A DNA stretch of 64,000 bases from the IMG/VR virus record IMGVR_UViG_3300032236_001859, positions 1 through 64,000 of that record. One strand, 5' to 3'. Positions 7,683 to 17,755 of this stretch are shown here, piece after piece. Below the pieces are notes generated by a model, which ran no database searches, was not told the origin of the DNA, and was given only the letters and a program-made list of their open reading frames with translations. Position numbers and translations under genes: made by a program. How positions within the stretch are numbered: position 1 is the stretch's first letter; each line of letters opens with the position of its first letter.

Positions 7683-9158
7683 TCAGGCCTGCGCCGGAGG
7701 TGTCACTGGGGCCTCAGCGGCGGCCTCTGGGGCCGCCACGGGCTCCTCGGCCTTCTTGGGTGCATTAGCGGCCTCAATGGTCACCAGGAACTCTCGTGTC
7801 TTCTCCAGGGCCTCATCGAGGAGGATATCGCCGACAAGGGGCTCCAATAGGGCTTGAAGCTGGGGTAGCGAGTTCTGGGCCTGACTGATCACGATGTTGC
7901 CCCAGTAGATGAGTTCGTGTTGCTCGGTGAGAGCAGCGGCCCCACCTGCGGCCTTGATGTCGGCGAGGACTTCGTCGATGACGGGGATGATTTCCCCAGC
8001 CATCTCGGATTCTGCGACAGGGATGGCCTCAGTCGTAATGGTGTGAACAACCTTCAGGGAGTTCACGGCACGGCGAGCCTCGTCTTCATCGAGTTGCATG
8101 TGGATCCAGGCGACAAGTTCAGCCATAGCGTTCTGCAGGCTTCCCTTGCGGTCCAGCATAGCCTTGAACTCAGGACTGGCCTCAGCGGCCTTGTTGACCT
8201 TGGCGTCGAGACGAGGTGATTTCAGGCAGGCGAGTTGGAGGGTGTTGTGGAGTCTCTCATTGTACTCGGCATGTGCAGCGGCCTCACGGATCTCGTCTTC
8301 CGATGGCAACTTGACCTCGGCGTAGAGCTTCGTGGCCAGTGCTGCGGCGATATCGAAAGTGATCCCACTCTTGATGCGGTCGAGAAGCCAGGCATCGAAT
8401 GATGGCTTGGGTTCCTCGACCTCCGACATCGCCAGGGCGTAGTCGGTCTGGAAGTTGGCTTTGTCCAGCGAGGCACACCGCTTCTTGGCTTCCGCCTCGA
8501 TTTCGGCTTCCTTCTTCTGCATGGCCTCATGCACCATGGATTTCACGGTATCGGCGTCATAGGCCCGTGTGGGGTCCAAGGTGAATGAGGGATCCCGCTT
8601 CCAGTTTGGACCCGGCTTCCAGGTGAGGTCTTCGATGAAGGCCTCCCGGATCCCGGCGAGCATCTTGCGCTCCTTGTCAGTCAACGAGACCTTGTCGTTT
8701 TCACCGACCTCGTCCACAGGGGAATCATGGACTTCAATCTTGAAGGGTGACTCGACTGCGATGGCACCCCCACCAGTTGAAGCCGCCACGGGAACGAACA
8801 AGAAGACATGCTTCCAGATCAGCTTGGCTGTTGGCAGCATGTAGAACTCGGTTCCAGTATCCCACCCAATGGGCTGATACGGGGAGTCCCCGTACTTCAC
8901 GAAGACAACCTTGTTCTGGATGATCGCCCCGGTCTGGCACCAGAACGTGCCGGCGCGGAGACGGGAGATCAAGATGCGCCCCTGCATACCGTGGCGAATG
9001 ATGCGAGTCAGGAACCGATAGAGATGAACCCGATTCAACTTGCCCTCAGCGATTTCCTCGGGCGTCTTGGTATCTGGCTTCAGGGCGTCGAAGACTTGCT
9101 TGCGCAGGGCTTCCTCGCGTGCCATGGATTCATCTTGGTTGACCTGGATCTCGCCCAT
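7683..9158 (-). CDS. hypothetical protein (491 aa), helical and acidic
   Basis: Long ORF, GAGGAG RBS, GC3-rich codons. Confidence 0.8.
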   Translation of the reverse strand: MGEIQVNQDESMAREEALRKQVFDALKPDTKTPEEIAEGKLNRVHLYRFLTRIIRHGMQGRILISRLRAGTFWCQTGAIIQNKVVFVKYGDSPYQPIGWDTGTEFYMLPTAKLIWKHVFLFVPVAASTGGGAIAVESPFKIEVHDSPVDEVGENDKVSLTDKERKMLAGIREAFIEDLTWKPGPNWKRDPSFTLDPTRAYDADTVKSMVHEAMQKKEAEIEAEAKKRCASLDKANFQTDYALAMSEVEEPKPSFDAWLLDRIKSGITFDIAAALATKLYAEVKLPSEDEIREAAAHAEYNERLHNTLQLACLKSPRLDAKVNKAAEASPEFKAMLDRKGSLQNAMAELVAWIHMQLDEDEARRAVNSLKVVHTITTEAIPVAESEMAGEIIPVIDEVLADIKAAGGAAALTEQHELIYWGNIVISQAQNSLPQLQALLEPLVGDILLDEALEKTREFLVTIEAANAPKKAEEPVAAPEAAAEAPVTPPAQA

Positions 9159-9198
9159 ATCTCGCTCCTCTGGTGGTGAGCGCCCAGTTTGATTCTGG

Positions 9199-9213
9199 TT
9201 TTCCCTGAGTCAA
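9199..9213 (-). promoter_or_regulatory. variant of the conserved motif
   Basis: TTTTCCC-T-GAGTCAA in intergenic gap; minus strand TTGACT-N16-CAAACT. Confidence 0.45.
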
Positions 9214-9220
9214 CCCCGCC

Positions 9221-9865
9221 CTAATCCAGGCGATGTAGCAGCCATGTCTTCAGCATCGCCCACTTCATCTTGAGGCGAGACTTCAACCCTGGCTTGGCTG
9301 GGTTCTCATTTGGTGCGAGCTGGACAACTGCACCGGCAGCCTTGCTGGGCACCGATTTGGCAGCGGAGGCCTGGAGATGCTTATCCGTGATGGGCATCCT
9401 GGCGAGATCTCGCTTGGCCTGCGCGTTCCACATCTCGGACTGAATCGCGTTACGGAAATCATCACTGGTCTGCTCGGCTTCGAGGTGGATACCTTGCTTG
9501 GCGAACTGCTCGATGGCACGTGCCTTGGCGACATCGTCGAGTTCCTGCAAGGTGTCCTGGGCCTCTTCTGCATACTCCTCAAATGGTACCATGGGGCCGT
9601 TCTGCCCAAAGCACCGAGAGTATATCGCGATCATGCGATCCTCTCCACTGAGCACGTCTTCACTGGGAAGATTTAGATCTTCCTGGGTCCACATCTGTCG
9701 GGGTGGCGGCGCCCATATCTTGAACCCCCAGTGGCACAGGAGCTCACCGGTTTCCTGGCGCACCACGGCTTCGGCTTGGTCGCGTGCAGCGCCTTGATCC
9801 ACGGAATCCGTGTACACTGGGATGTAGATGACAACTTCGGTCAGAAACCTCTTGCGCGAGGTCAT
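9221..9865 (-). CDS. hypothetical protein
   Basis: ORF track 9221..9889; start moved to ATG 9865 (ATGA overlap). Confidence 0.75.
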   Translation of the reverse strand: MTSRKRFLTEVVIYIPVYTDSVDQGAARDQAEAVVRQETGELLCHWGFKIWAPPPRQMWTQEDLNLPSEDVLSGEDRMIAIYSRCFGQNGPMVPFEEYAEEAQDTLQELDDVAKARAIEQFAKQGIHLEAEQTSDDFRNAIQSEMWNAQAKRDLARMPITDKHLQASAAKSVPSKAAGAVVQLAPNENPAKPGLKSRLKMKWAMLKTWLLHRLD

Positions 9866-10605
9866 CGGTTCTTTTTGTGTGGCCACCATCTTACCTCCAG
9901 ATCTTTATCATAGGTTGATTTTCTTACGATTCTTCCATCCCCGGGAGCATCGGGAGAAATATCCTTAGGGAACCGAGATCGCAGCGTGGGCTGCGCCTCA
10001 AACGACATATTGAGGTCTGAACAGTAGCCGCACAACACGGCGCCATTACTACTCCGTGACCCAATACCCGACGTAATCGTCTTTCCGCAACACGCACACT
10101 CCCCAGTTACGAAGAGCTGCCCGCATGGATCTCGCTGCAGCTGTATCTCCTCTAGGAGCTTCTTTTCACGAAGGATTTCGGCCATTGCAGACTTGACCAT
10201 AGAGAACTCTGCGGCTGTCATCTTGGCAGAACCAAGGAACCACCTGCCTCGAGGGGACTCCTCTGCCTCTTTTTTGAGGACCTCCGCTAGTTGTTTAGCG
10301 TTGGCCTCTTCCAGTCGTTTGAAGTAGTGATCCTCCTCTTCCCTTTGTTTATCGCGGTGAGCCTTCTCTATCCGCTTAGCGCGGTTGGCTTCCTCTACTG
10401 CACGCCCAACCTGTTTTGGGGGTTCCATCGCTGGAGCATACTCAGGGTACCCATTCGAGATTCGATGCAGCCAGGCATCGATACTGACAGCCTCGGAGCC
10501 ATCAACACGTCGAACCGACTCTATGTTTACAGTCGGTTTATTGGCTGCCTTGATGTCAGTGAATGCACGCTCGACGAAGTCATCCTCAAATCTTTTTTCG
10601 GTCAT
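9862..10605 (-). CDS. hypothetical protein with C-terminal Zn-finger-like motif
   Basis: CACCG...LCGYC; coiled-coil-like middle. Confidence 0.7.
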   Translation of the reverse strand: MTEKRFEDDFVERAFTDIKAANKPTVNIESVRRVDGSEAVSIDAWLHRISNGYPEYAPAMEPPKQVGRAVEEANRAKRIEKAHRDKQREEEDHYFKRLEEANAKQLAEVLKKEAEESPRGRWFLGSAKMTAAEFSMVKSAMAEILREKKLLEEIQLQRDPCGQLFVTGECACCGKTITSGIGSRSSNGAVLCGYCSDLNMSFEAQPTLRSRFPKDISPDAPGDGRIVRKSTYDKDLEVRWWPHKKNR

Positions 10606-10840
10606 TGGGGACCTCCACTCGCGTTATCGTGATCCCCCACTTGGCCTGAAACGCGGCCTCGTCGCGGACCTGTTGATCCAGGTTCGCCAGGGTCTTCTTT
10701 TCGGCATCAATCCTGGCGAGCACTCTTGCACGCCGAATCGTGACGTCGTTGTCTGATAACCCCAGGTAGGTCCTGGGGCTTAGATTGCAGTTGTTTGCCC
10801 AGATAGTCGACATAGGCACTACACATATTTTTGCAGACAT
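10586..10840 (-). CDS. hypothetical protein (84 aa)
   Basis: GGAG upstream of ATG; overlaps the upstream ORF by 134 bp. Confidence 0.6.
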   Translation of the reverse strand: MSAKICVVPMSTIWANNCNLSPRTYLGLSDNDVTIRRARVLARIDAEKKTLANLDQQVRDEAAFQAKWGITITRVEVPNDRKKI

Positions 10841-11309
10841 CTCTGATCTCCTTTAGATCGAGGCGTTCCTCCCATGTGGCATGCCTGACCCAGGAACGCC
10901 ACGTCGACCACGGTGTGGTGTGGATGGGTGCCGCGAAGGCCGGATTGCCTCTGATGTTCTTGTGGAACTTGATGACAACGTGGCGCCCCGTGGTGACGAC
11001 CTCGAGGACAAAGCGTCGACTCGGCCCCTTGGTGAAGATATCCCCGGGTTGAGGGAACACATTGGGATCCCTGATCGCGGGATCCTGGGCACCAGGCTTG
11101 AACAAGGGGTACTGGGGATCGCTGACCAGAGTCCAGTTCTGGACTTCATCCCAGAGCCGATGCCGGACCTTGAGATCCCTGTTATCCCTGACCTGGGCCT
11201 TCTTACCCGTGATGGACACCACGGTGTACTCTGTACCCCTCGAGGACTTCCAGACCTGACCGTGATGAAAACTACTGACGCGCTCGTCAGGTATCCCCGT
11301 GATCAGCAT
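10707..11309 (-). CDS. hypothetical protein
   Basis: Start moved to ATG 11309, overlapping the upstream stop. Confidence 0.65.
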   Translation of the reverse strand: MLITGIPDERVSSFHHGQVWKSSRGTEYTVVSITGKKAQVRDNRDLKVRHRLWDEVQNWTLVSDPQYPLFKPGAQDPAIRDPNVFPQPGDIFTKGPSRRFVLEVVTTGRHVVIKFHKNIRGNPAFAAPIHTTPWSTWRSWVRHATWEERLDLKEIRDVCKNMCSAYVDYLGKQLQSKPQDLPGVIRQRRHDSACKSARQD

Positions 11310-11593
11310 GGCTTTCTCCCAGGACCCACGAAGAAATGATGGATACTCGACCACTTCATGACCACGCAGGGGTTCCCACGGTAGACCCCCTTGTAGTAAC
11401 TCACTGCCCAATCATCGCTCAGGCAGAGCCCGTATTTGCGGCCATACTTGTTGGCCTCCATCCACGCCTTGAGATCCTCTTTGTCCGCGTACTTCACGAA
11501 GGTGCGGTAGGTGATCTCCCTGGAGCCGTCATCGAAGGCGGCGACGTGGCGACCACAGGCCCCCACGCAGGTTCCGACTAAGCGGTATCTCAT
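11303..11593 (-). CDS. hypothetical phage protein
   Basis: ATGA overlap with tmk stop; DWAVSYYKG...WSSIHHFF. Confidence 0.7.
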   Translation of the reverse strand: MRYRLVGTCVGACGRHVAAFDDGSREITYRTFVKYADKEDLKAWMEANKYGRKYGLCLSDDWAVSYYKGVYRGNPCVVMKWSSIHHFFVGPGRKPC

Positions 11594-12297
11594 CGGGTTT
11601 CCTCGATTTCTTCCAACCATGGGAGTTCAGCGAAGATGGCTTCGACGACCTGCCGAGGGCTCATGTCCCCGACATCCAGGGATGATTTCTTAAACGGGTG
11701 ATCACTGATATGGGGGACTAAGGCTTCGGCGTGTTCATACCCGGTATCGACCCGAGAACGAAATCCGTCATCAGCGGATTCAAACCGATCCTTTCCACGA
11801 TCACCGACTAGGCGGGCACGGCGGATCTCAGGGGATGCCTTCAAGAACACATAGTGGATCACCTGGTCAACTGGGATGTACTTCTCAAGCAACCACTCCG
11901 TGGTTGATCTCACGAGTTCCAGGGGAACCCCGTTGCCATAACACTGATAGGCCACCGTGCTTGGCCACAGGCGATCCACGATGACGGTGTAACCGAGATC
12001 GAGAAACTTTCGGATCTCAGCCATGAGTTCTGAACGCGCGGCTAGGAACCCGAAGAACAGGGTGGCGACCTCTGCCTTCTGTTTAGAATCCAGCAACAGC
12101 TTTCGGAGTTCCTCACCAAGTGGGGTGGATCCAGGATCCCGGAGAACCTTGACCTTATCCATCACAGTGACCTGCCAGGGCGTAACGGATTGTTCGAGGA
12201 CACACTTCGGGGTCACCAAGTATTCAGCCAGGTTCTTACAGGCCAGGCTTTTCCCCACGCCGTCTGGGCCACATATCACTATTAGTTTTGAAGTCAT
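11590..12297 (-). CDS. tmk: thymidylate (dTMP) kinase
   Basis: P-loop GPDGVGKS, RDPGST, FLAARSEL, VIVDRLWPSTVAYQ. Confidence 0.93.
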   Translation of the reverse strand: MTSKLIVICGPDGVGKSLACKNLAEYLVTPKCVLEQSVTPWQVTVMDKVKVLRDPGSTPLGEELRKLLLDSKQKAEVATLFFGFLAARSELMAEIRKFLDLGYTVIVDRLWPSTVAYQCYGNGVPLELVRSTTEWLLEKYIPVDQVIHYVFLKASPEIRRARLVGDRGKDRFESADDGFRSRVDTGYEHAEALVPHISDHPFKKSSLDVGDMSPRQVVEAIFAELPWLEEIEETR

Positions 12298-12989
12298 ATC
12301 TTCTTCTTTCTGGTTGATATTACTGGGTAAAACAGTTCGGGTGGTCTTACACCCTTACTGTATCGTTTCTGTAGCGCTTGCCTCGATACACCGAGGTACA
12401 ATGCAACTTGCCAAAGGAAAGTTTCCCTTCCTTCATAGATAACTCTAATGCAGTTAGTGCGGTTCCTGGCCTGGTCTCGCAAGGGTATCCAACAACAGTT
12501 TTCAGGGGAATACCCCTTCAGATTATCTATTCTTTCCAGCGACAACCCTGGCTTCCACGTAGGCCCCATGTCAGCCTCAAACATTGCGAAGTCGTCCCAA
12601 CGTGGGCATATCGTAATACCCCTACTAAGGTAGTCCTTGTCCATGGCACAACGATGCCGCATCGCTCTCCATTTCTTGTAGAGTGGAGTCCCGTGCCGCC
12701 CGTGAGATAGCTTAAAGTTCCTGGCCCTTTCTATGGATTTTTCTCTACCCACACACCCGCACGAAACATAGTAGCCTTGGCGCAAGTCCTTGCCACGCGC
12801 AGAGAACTCCTTCCCGCATGCGCCACACTTGCAATGCCAGCGGCGATCCCCTCCCTTACAAAGCTCCCCCTTGGAGATCACTGTTACGTGTGCGATGGTC
12901 TTTCCGACCATATCGATGGATTTACGGTTGCTCATGCTTAGATGGTGCTGATGGGTACAAATAAGCAACTGTCTGAAGAGTGCGGCCAT
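12294..12989 (-). CDS. free-standing HNH homing endonuclease (start uncertain, possibly 12935)
   Basis: WHCKCGACG, VSCGC, WRAMRHRC, RGITICPRW, SLERIDNLKGYSPENCCW, QARNR; lower GC than neighbours. Confidence 0.88.
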   Translation of the reverse strand: MAALFRQLLICTHQHHLSMSNRKSIDMVGKTIAHVTVISKGELCKGGDRRWHCKCGACGKEFSARGKDLRQGYYVSCGCVGREKSIERARNFKLSHGRHGTPLYKKWRAMRHRCAMDKDYLSRGITICPRWDDFAMFEADMGPTWKPGLSLERIDNLKGYSPENCCWIPLRDQARNRTNCIRVIYEGRETFLWQVALYLGVSRQALQKRYSKGVRPPELFYPVISTRKKKI

Positions 12990-12998
12990 CTGCTACGA

Positions 12999-13382
12999 TC
13001 ATTGAATAAAACCTCCATGAATGAGGGGTTTGGAATACGGGCGAATCGCGAGCACTGGGGTCTTCACTCCCACGATGTGCATGCGTAGAGCGAGGTGCCG
13101 CGCACTAAACGTGACAACACCTCCGTTGTGCCGATAGCACGTCGGGCGCTTGTATCGCGTGAAACTGATGAAGACACCACCCTCGGTACGCTCGATGGCG
13201 TAATGGGTGAGGTGGTGGTCATGCCGGGGGCCCAGGGCACGCTGGATGCGTTCCGTGGTCGGGGAGATCTCGGCACCCTCGATCCAGGCCTTGGCGGCCT
13301 CATGGATCAAGTAATCGTTGATGTCACCTGTGGCCACACAGCACGCCCCGGTGTCTTCAGCGCGGATAACAACTGAGTTCAT
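12999..13382 (-). CDS. hypothetical protein
   Basis: GGAGG RBS before ATG 13382. Confidence 0.7.
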   Translation of the reverse strand: MNSVVIRAEDTGACCVATGDINDYLIHEAAKAWIEGAEISPTTERIQRALGPRHDHHLTHYAIERTEGGVFISFTRYKRPTCYRHNGGVVTFSARHLALRMHIVGVKTPVLAIRPYSKPLIHGGFIQ

Positions 13383-13458
13383 ATTTCCTCCATGAACAAA
13401 AAGAAACGTCGGCGTGCAGAGCACACCGACGTCATGGGACACCTAATGAAAGATGGCC

Positions 13459-13800
13459 TCAAAACTTTGTGGTCGCCGGAGCACCGACCTGAGGGGGTTC
13501 CTCCTCGACTTTGTCCTTGACATCGGAATCCGAACCTGCCTCAGGCACCTTAATGCCGGCGGCAGCAAAGGAAGTCGACAGGGCATCCACCAGGGGTTCT
13601 TCCTTGGTGAACGTGGCGCCATGCTTGATGTGGAGAACAACTTGCTTGCCACCATCGAGGGTGAGCAGCAGGGTGTTGGCGTTGATGAACGAGAAGCGAC
13701 CCTGCAACAATGCGGTGCGCGCGGATTCCGTGCAGACCTCGATGTTGTTGGGGGTGCGGCCACCGGGGTTCAGTGTACCGGTACGCAAGAAGTTTACCAT
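13459..13800 (-). CDS. hypothetical protein
   Basis: GGAG RBS before ATG 13800; downstream of motif copy 2. Confidence 0.7.
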   Translation of the reverse strand: MVNFLRTGTLNPGGRTPNNIEVCTESARTALLQGRFSFINANTLLLTLDGGKQVVLHIKHGATFTKEEPLVDALSTSFAAAGIKVPEAGSDSDVKDKVEEEPPQVGAPATTKF

Positions 13801-13857
13801 GTGGACTCCAGAGTGTTGTGCTGACTTGCAGCGGGTGATGACAGGATTCTGTAGCGG

Positions 13858-13873
13858 TTTACTCTCAGTCAAG
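13858..13873 (-). promoter_or_regulatory. conserved promoter/operator motif, copy 2
   Basis: TTTACTC-TC-AGTCAAG. Confidence 0.7.
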
Positions 13874-13889
13874 TCCCCACGTGGGGACT
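13872..13889. repeat. perfect 18-bp palindrome AGTCCCCACGTGGGGACT
   Basis: Self-complementary; directly abuts motif copy 2 and the ruvA stop. Confidence 0.8.
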
Positions 13890-14461
13890 CACTTCCTCGC
13901 CTTGCCGATTAAGTTCTGTGCGATGACTTGAGCAGTGAGATCTGGAGCCGCGGTGACCGCATCCCGGATCTCAGCGATGTCGAAACGTGCGCCGAGACCA
14001 AGGTTTGATATAACCGCGAATACCGCGGATACCTTGGTGTCGTACCCAAGGGTGTCCTTGGATTGGAACCGAGACTGTAGGGTGTCCACGAGTTTCTTGG
14101 CACCCGTGGGGCCGAATCCCTTGGCCAGCTTCGATAGCTTGGCGACATCCCCCTTGGCCACGGCATCAATGATCACCGCGGGGTCCACCGCAGTGGCCAA
14201 GCGATGCGCGGTGCGTGCACCGATGCCATCGACCTCCATGAGTTCAATGGCGAGTCGGCGGGACTCGGGTCGATTGAACCCGAAGAGAACCTGGCCCTGG
14301 TCAGTGATGTGATGGTAGACCCAATACTCGTAACTCTTGCCTTCGTTGGCAATGAAGTCCTGAATGGGGCGCACCACGGAGTACCCTACCCCACTGTCAG
14401 TGCGCAGGATGATTTCCGTGGCAGAGGCGATGAGGCAGAAGCCATTGATGTATGCGATCAT
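13889..14461 (-). CDS. ruvA: Holliday junction branch-migration protein RuvA
   Basis: MIAYING...GVGYSV (OB fold), LFGF, VDGIGARTA and KGFGPTGAKKL (two HhH motifs), domain III-like C-terminus. Confidence 0.92.
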   Translation of the reverse strand: MIAYINGFCLIASATEIILRTDSGVGYSVVRPIQDFIANEGKSYEYWVYHHITDQGQVLFGFNRPESRRLAIELMEVDGIGARTAHRLATAVDPAVIIDAVAKGDVAKLSKLAKGFGPTGAKKLVDTLQSRFQSKDTLGYDTKVSAVFAVISNLGLGARFDIAEIRDAVTAAPDLTAQVIAQNLIGKARK

Positions 14462-14465
14462 GTTT

Positions 14466-14999
14466 TCACCAGGGTTTGTTGAGATGGTTGGCGTTGGCGG
14501 GCCGGCTGACGAGCTCGCCCTTCAGGAAGTCGGATCCATTGGAACCCATATTGTTGCAGGGCACCTCGAGAAAGTCCTCGAGGTTCTTGTCGATGAGATT
14601 GAATGCTCTACGCGCATACCGGAGAGCACCGCGTGACGACACCGAGTTGCACTGGAATATCGGGCAGGTTACCCCCTCGCATCTCGCGGCCTGCATGAAC
14701 CCTGCATCTGAGTATGAACTGTAATCCGTGGTCTGATATTCACGCACACCTAAATAGATCGTGGCATTCCAGTGCTTCCCTCCGAAATCAGAAGGCTTCT
14801 CACCGGTGATTGCTGCGAGATCGCAGACCTCAATTGCGGCCAGGATTGCCTCGTGGTGGATACCACCTACCCTCCCGATGAAGTAGAACTCGGATCCCGA
14901 ATCAGATGACACCAATTCTACCTTGCATGGTTTCGTGGGCAGCGGGCCGAGTTCCTCGATGAGGTTGGTGTACCGGATATCAGGCAGAGTTGCTGGCAT
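14466..14999 (-). CDS. hypothetical protein (177 aa)
   Basis: ORF with GGGAG RBS; possible paralog of 15027..15737. Confidence 0.7.
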   Translation of the reverse strand: MPATLPDIRYTNLIEELGPLPTKPCKVELVSSDSGSEFYFIGRVGGIHHEAILAAIEVCDLAAITGEKPSDFGGKHWNATIYLGVREYQTTDYSSYSDAGFMQAARCEGVTCPIFQCNSVSSRGALRYARRAFNLIDKNLEDFLEVPCNNMGSNGSDFLKGELVSRPANANHLNKPW

Positions 15000-15026
15000 T
15001 GCAGGCTCCCTGTGTCGCTGTCTGTT

Positions 15027-15737
15027 TCATTTGGACCTCGCTATCTTGGTTTTTAACGCAGCCAGACTGATGTCTTCTTGCTGATGTTTCCACTTGGAAG
15101 GTTTTTTTAGAAAACTCCTAGCCTGCAGTAATGCCTTGTCGGAGTGCACGTAAGCAACACTGCGCATCATCTCCCAACCATCAACACCTCGGATGTCATT
15201 GACTGCCTGCATGAACTCGTCGGGGAGATCCTCGATAATCGGTAGGACCTTTAAGGCAGTGTGAAAGCCGCTGAAGTGTGAAGTCGAGAGAACCTGGAAT
15301 ACTGGACATGTCCTGCACTCGTCATCCCCCATCATGACATGTAGCCGCGATGCCCCATCGAGTTCATCCTGTTCATACCAGTGTTTCATTATGTCTGCAT
15401 CCTGGAACTTCTCAGCGATGAGGTGAATCGTTGTCAGATATGGGTAGTCGGAAAACATTGCATCGTAATCCACTTCCTTATCACTGTTGCGGAAACGTGT
15501 GCGCTCATCCTCTGGGATCACTTGTAGTTCTGTCTCAATGACAACGTGGATATCACTCAACGAGATGCAAAGCGGGGTCATGGTATTTTTACGCAAAAAA
15601 CCAGCGCCATGAAACCCTGGATAGATTGTTTCAACTTTACGCCACTCGCGTTTCTTCCGATCAACGCGATCATCTGGAAATGGATTGACTAGGTACTCAT
15701 AACGTGGGTGGTACCTCGGGGACTCATCGCAAATCAT
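15027..15737 (-). CDS. hypothetical protein (236 aa), lower GC
   Basis: ORF with AGGAG RBS. Confidence 0.75.
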   Translation of the reverse strand: MICDESPRYHPRYEYLVNPFPDDRVDRKKREWRKVETIYPGFHGAGFLRKNTMTPLCISLSDIHVVIETELQVIPEDERTRFRNSDKEVDYDAMFSDYPYLTTIHLIAEKFQDADIMKHWYEQDELDGASRLHVMMGDDECRTCPVFQVLSTSHFSGFHTALKVLPIIEDLPDEFMQAVNDIRGVDGWEMMRSVAYVHSDKALLQARSFLKKPSKWKHQQEDISLAALKTKIARSK

Positions 15738-15749
15738 ACCGGGCTCCTT

Positions 15750-16460
15750 TTACTCAGTGGGAGTCGGGCTCCCACCATTGGTTTCTTGGTTGGTGCACCC
15801 ACGGAGGAACTCCTCCGCGGTGTCCGGTGCTTTGAACACCTGAGATGACTTGATGTTCTGCAGGATGTCCAGGGAGTACCCGTTAATCGTGGCACTCACG
15901 GGCTGTCCGTCATCCCCGGGATCCAGCACCAATTGGAGGAGGTGTTGGATTGGGAATCTCACTCCGGGGTGCTGACGATACAGGAACTGAATCACGACAT
16001 TTCGCATGAGCCCCTGCAGTGTCGCAAGTGTACCCGCAGTGATCGCGTGCATGGCAACTGGACCCCCCTCATCTGCCACAGCCGCTGCTAACAGCATGGC
16101 TCCGAATCGGGGGTCTTCTTTGGAGTAATCCACGAAGATTTTCAACATGAACTGTTGGTCCTGTACCGAGGCGTGGTCAATCCCTGGCATCACGGAATCC
16201 GCGGCATCCATCATCTTGGCGAGTTCCTCGATCTGAGCCGCGTGGATATCACATTTTTTCACGTTATCGGTGTCCAGGAATCGCTGCACCACGCGTCTGT
16301 CCACTTCCTGATACGTGGTTTCATCGGTGCCATGCTTCTTCAGGGCTGTGAACATGTAACACACCGCTGAAATCGAGGCGAGCTCACGTCTGGCCTGGGC
16401 GTCGAGCTCAATTGGACCAACAGGGAACAAGCGTTGGAGATCACTGATGCTTGGTATCAT
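15750..16460 (-). CDS. hypothetical protein (236 aa)
   Basis: ATGA overlap with upstream gene. Confidence 0.75.
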   Translation of the reverse strand: MIPSISDLQRLFPVGPIELDAQARRELASISAVCYMFTALKKHGTDETTYQEVDRRVVQRFLDTDNVKKCDIHAAQIEELAKMMDAADSVMPGIDHASVQDQQFMLKIFVDYSKEDPRFGAMLLAAAVADEGGPVAMHAITAGTLATLQGLMRNVVIQFLYRQHPGVRFPIQHLLQLVLDPGDDGQPVSATINGYSLDILQNIKSSQVFKAPDTAEEFLRGCTNQETNGGSPTPTE

Positions 16461-17755
16461 AAAACCCCTTTCTTGGATTCCTGGTAGGCTTTTACCGCAC
16501 GAATGATCTCGTGGGCAGCACTGGTTGAGTCGGGTTCATGTGCCGACGCATTCATGATCACGGCGAGCAGGCTGAGCACGGGATCCTTGAGCATGGGGTG
16601 CTCCTTGATCCCCGGGGCTCCAGTCCCCATGGCCTGTGCGGCGTGGGTCTGGATGCGCGCGGCCATGTAATCCCGGAGACGGATGGGTTCCTGGGATCTC
16701 CCGTTATCCCTGAAGACCACGGGATCCCCTGATGTTGTCACAACGACGACATCCTTTTCACGCCGCAGGGCATCGGCGATGCGCTCCACGGTATCCGCAC
16801 GGAGTACCTTGAGGGCTTCAACCAGGGGTGGGATGAGTTCAGTGTTCTCGTTGGACTCCCCTGCGAACTCCGCGGCTTCCACCCATCTCCGCGAGGTCTT
16901 CGTGAACCAACCCCCCTTGGCGAGATGTGCGGCGTGTTGCTCAGGGGTCCACGATCTCGGCTGATCGGGTTCCTGAAGGATCTCCAGGCGCTCCCAGAGG
17001 AAGTAGAGGCCGAGGTCGTAGTAAATGTTATCAATGGCCTCCCCACCGAGGTGTTGTCCCAGGTTGTACCTCCAGGTCTCCAGAACACTGTCTGGATTGG
17101 CGCAGTGGGGCACCCACCACGTCCACATCGCGATCCCTAGGAGTTCGAGGTACTCCCCAACGAAGGCTGCCCAGGGAGTCGCGTAATCGTGCTCGCGCTG
17201 CCCGAGCTCACCGAATACCGAGTTGGCACTCGCTGAATCCGTGAGCACACTGGTCTCCCAGAATCCCGCTGACCAATCCGAGAGTAGCCACAACATGGAG
17301 TCATCCTGACTCGCGGATTCCCAATTGAGCTCCCAGTGGTCTCCCTTGGATCCCCCGCGCTTCGACGACCAGTGTCGGCTAAAGCGATCAAATCGCTTGT
17401 CATAGTTATCAAGGATGTCAGACTCCCCGAGGTCCTCGGTGATCCGCTCTCGGGCATCATTGAGGAGATCCCAGAAGGCTTCCTTGTACCTCCCCGCACA
17501 TGCCTTTTCGACATCTGGGTACTTCCGTGGGCTCAGGTGTGCCTTGATCCCGTAGACCCGGGTTCGGCGTGCGCTGACCTCGACGAGATCGCTGACACAG
17601 GCGTCCACGAACTGAGCGGTTTCCTTGGTGAGGTTGCCATCACCATCGTGGCCGAACCCCAAGGACTTCAAGAAGTCCTCAGTGATCAGTGCTTTGGGAT
17701 CCTGGGGAAGCCATGGCTTCAAGGAATCCCATTGTGAGATTTCCAGTGCATTCAT
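16457..17755 (-). CDS. hypothetical protein (432 aa)
   Basis: Long ORF, ATGA overlaps at both ends. Confidence 0.8.
   Translation of the reverse strand: MNALEISQWDSLKPWLPQDPKALITEDFLKSLGFGHDGDGNLTKETAQFVDACVSDLVEVSARRTRVYGIKAHLSPRKYPDVEKACAGRYKEAFWDLLNDARERITEDLGESDILDNYDKRFDRFSRHWSSKRGGSKGDHWELNWESASQDDSMLWLLSDWSAGFWETSVLTDSASANSVFGELGQREHDYATPWAAFVGEYLELLGIAMWTWWVPHCANPDSVLETWRYNLGQHLGGEAIDNIYYDLGLYFLWERLEILQEPDQPRSWTPEQHAAHLAKGGWFTKTSRRWVEAAEFAGESNENTELIPPLVEALKVLRADTVERIADALRREKDVVVVTTSGDPVVFRDNGRSQEPIRLRDYMAARIQTHAAQAMGTGAPGIKEHPMLKDPVLSLLAVIMNASAHEPDSTSAAHEIIRAVKAYQESKKGVL

Noticed and set aside
10707-10840. 134-bp overlap between two minus-strand ORFs as deliberate overprinting
   Set aside because: The upstream C-terminal extension has no recognisable features; a lost stop codon explains it more simply.
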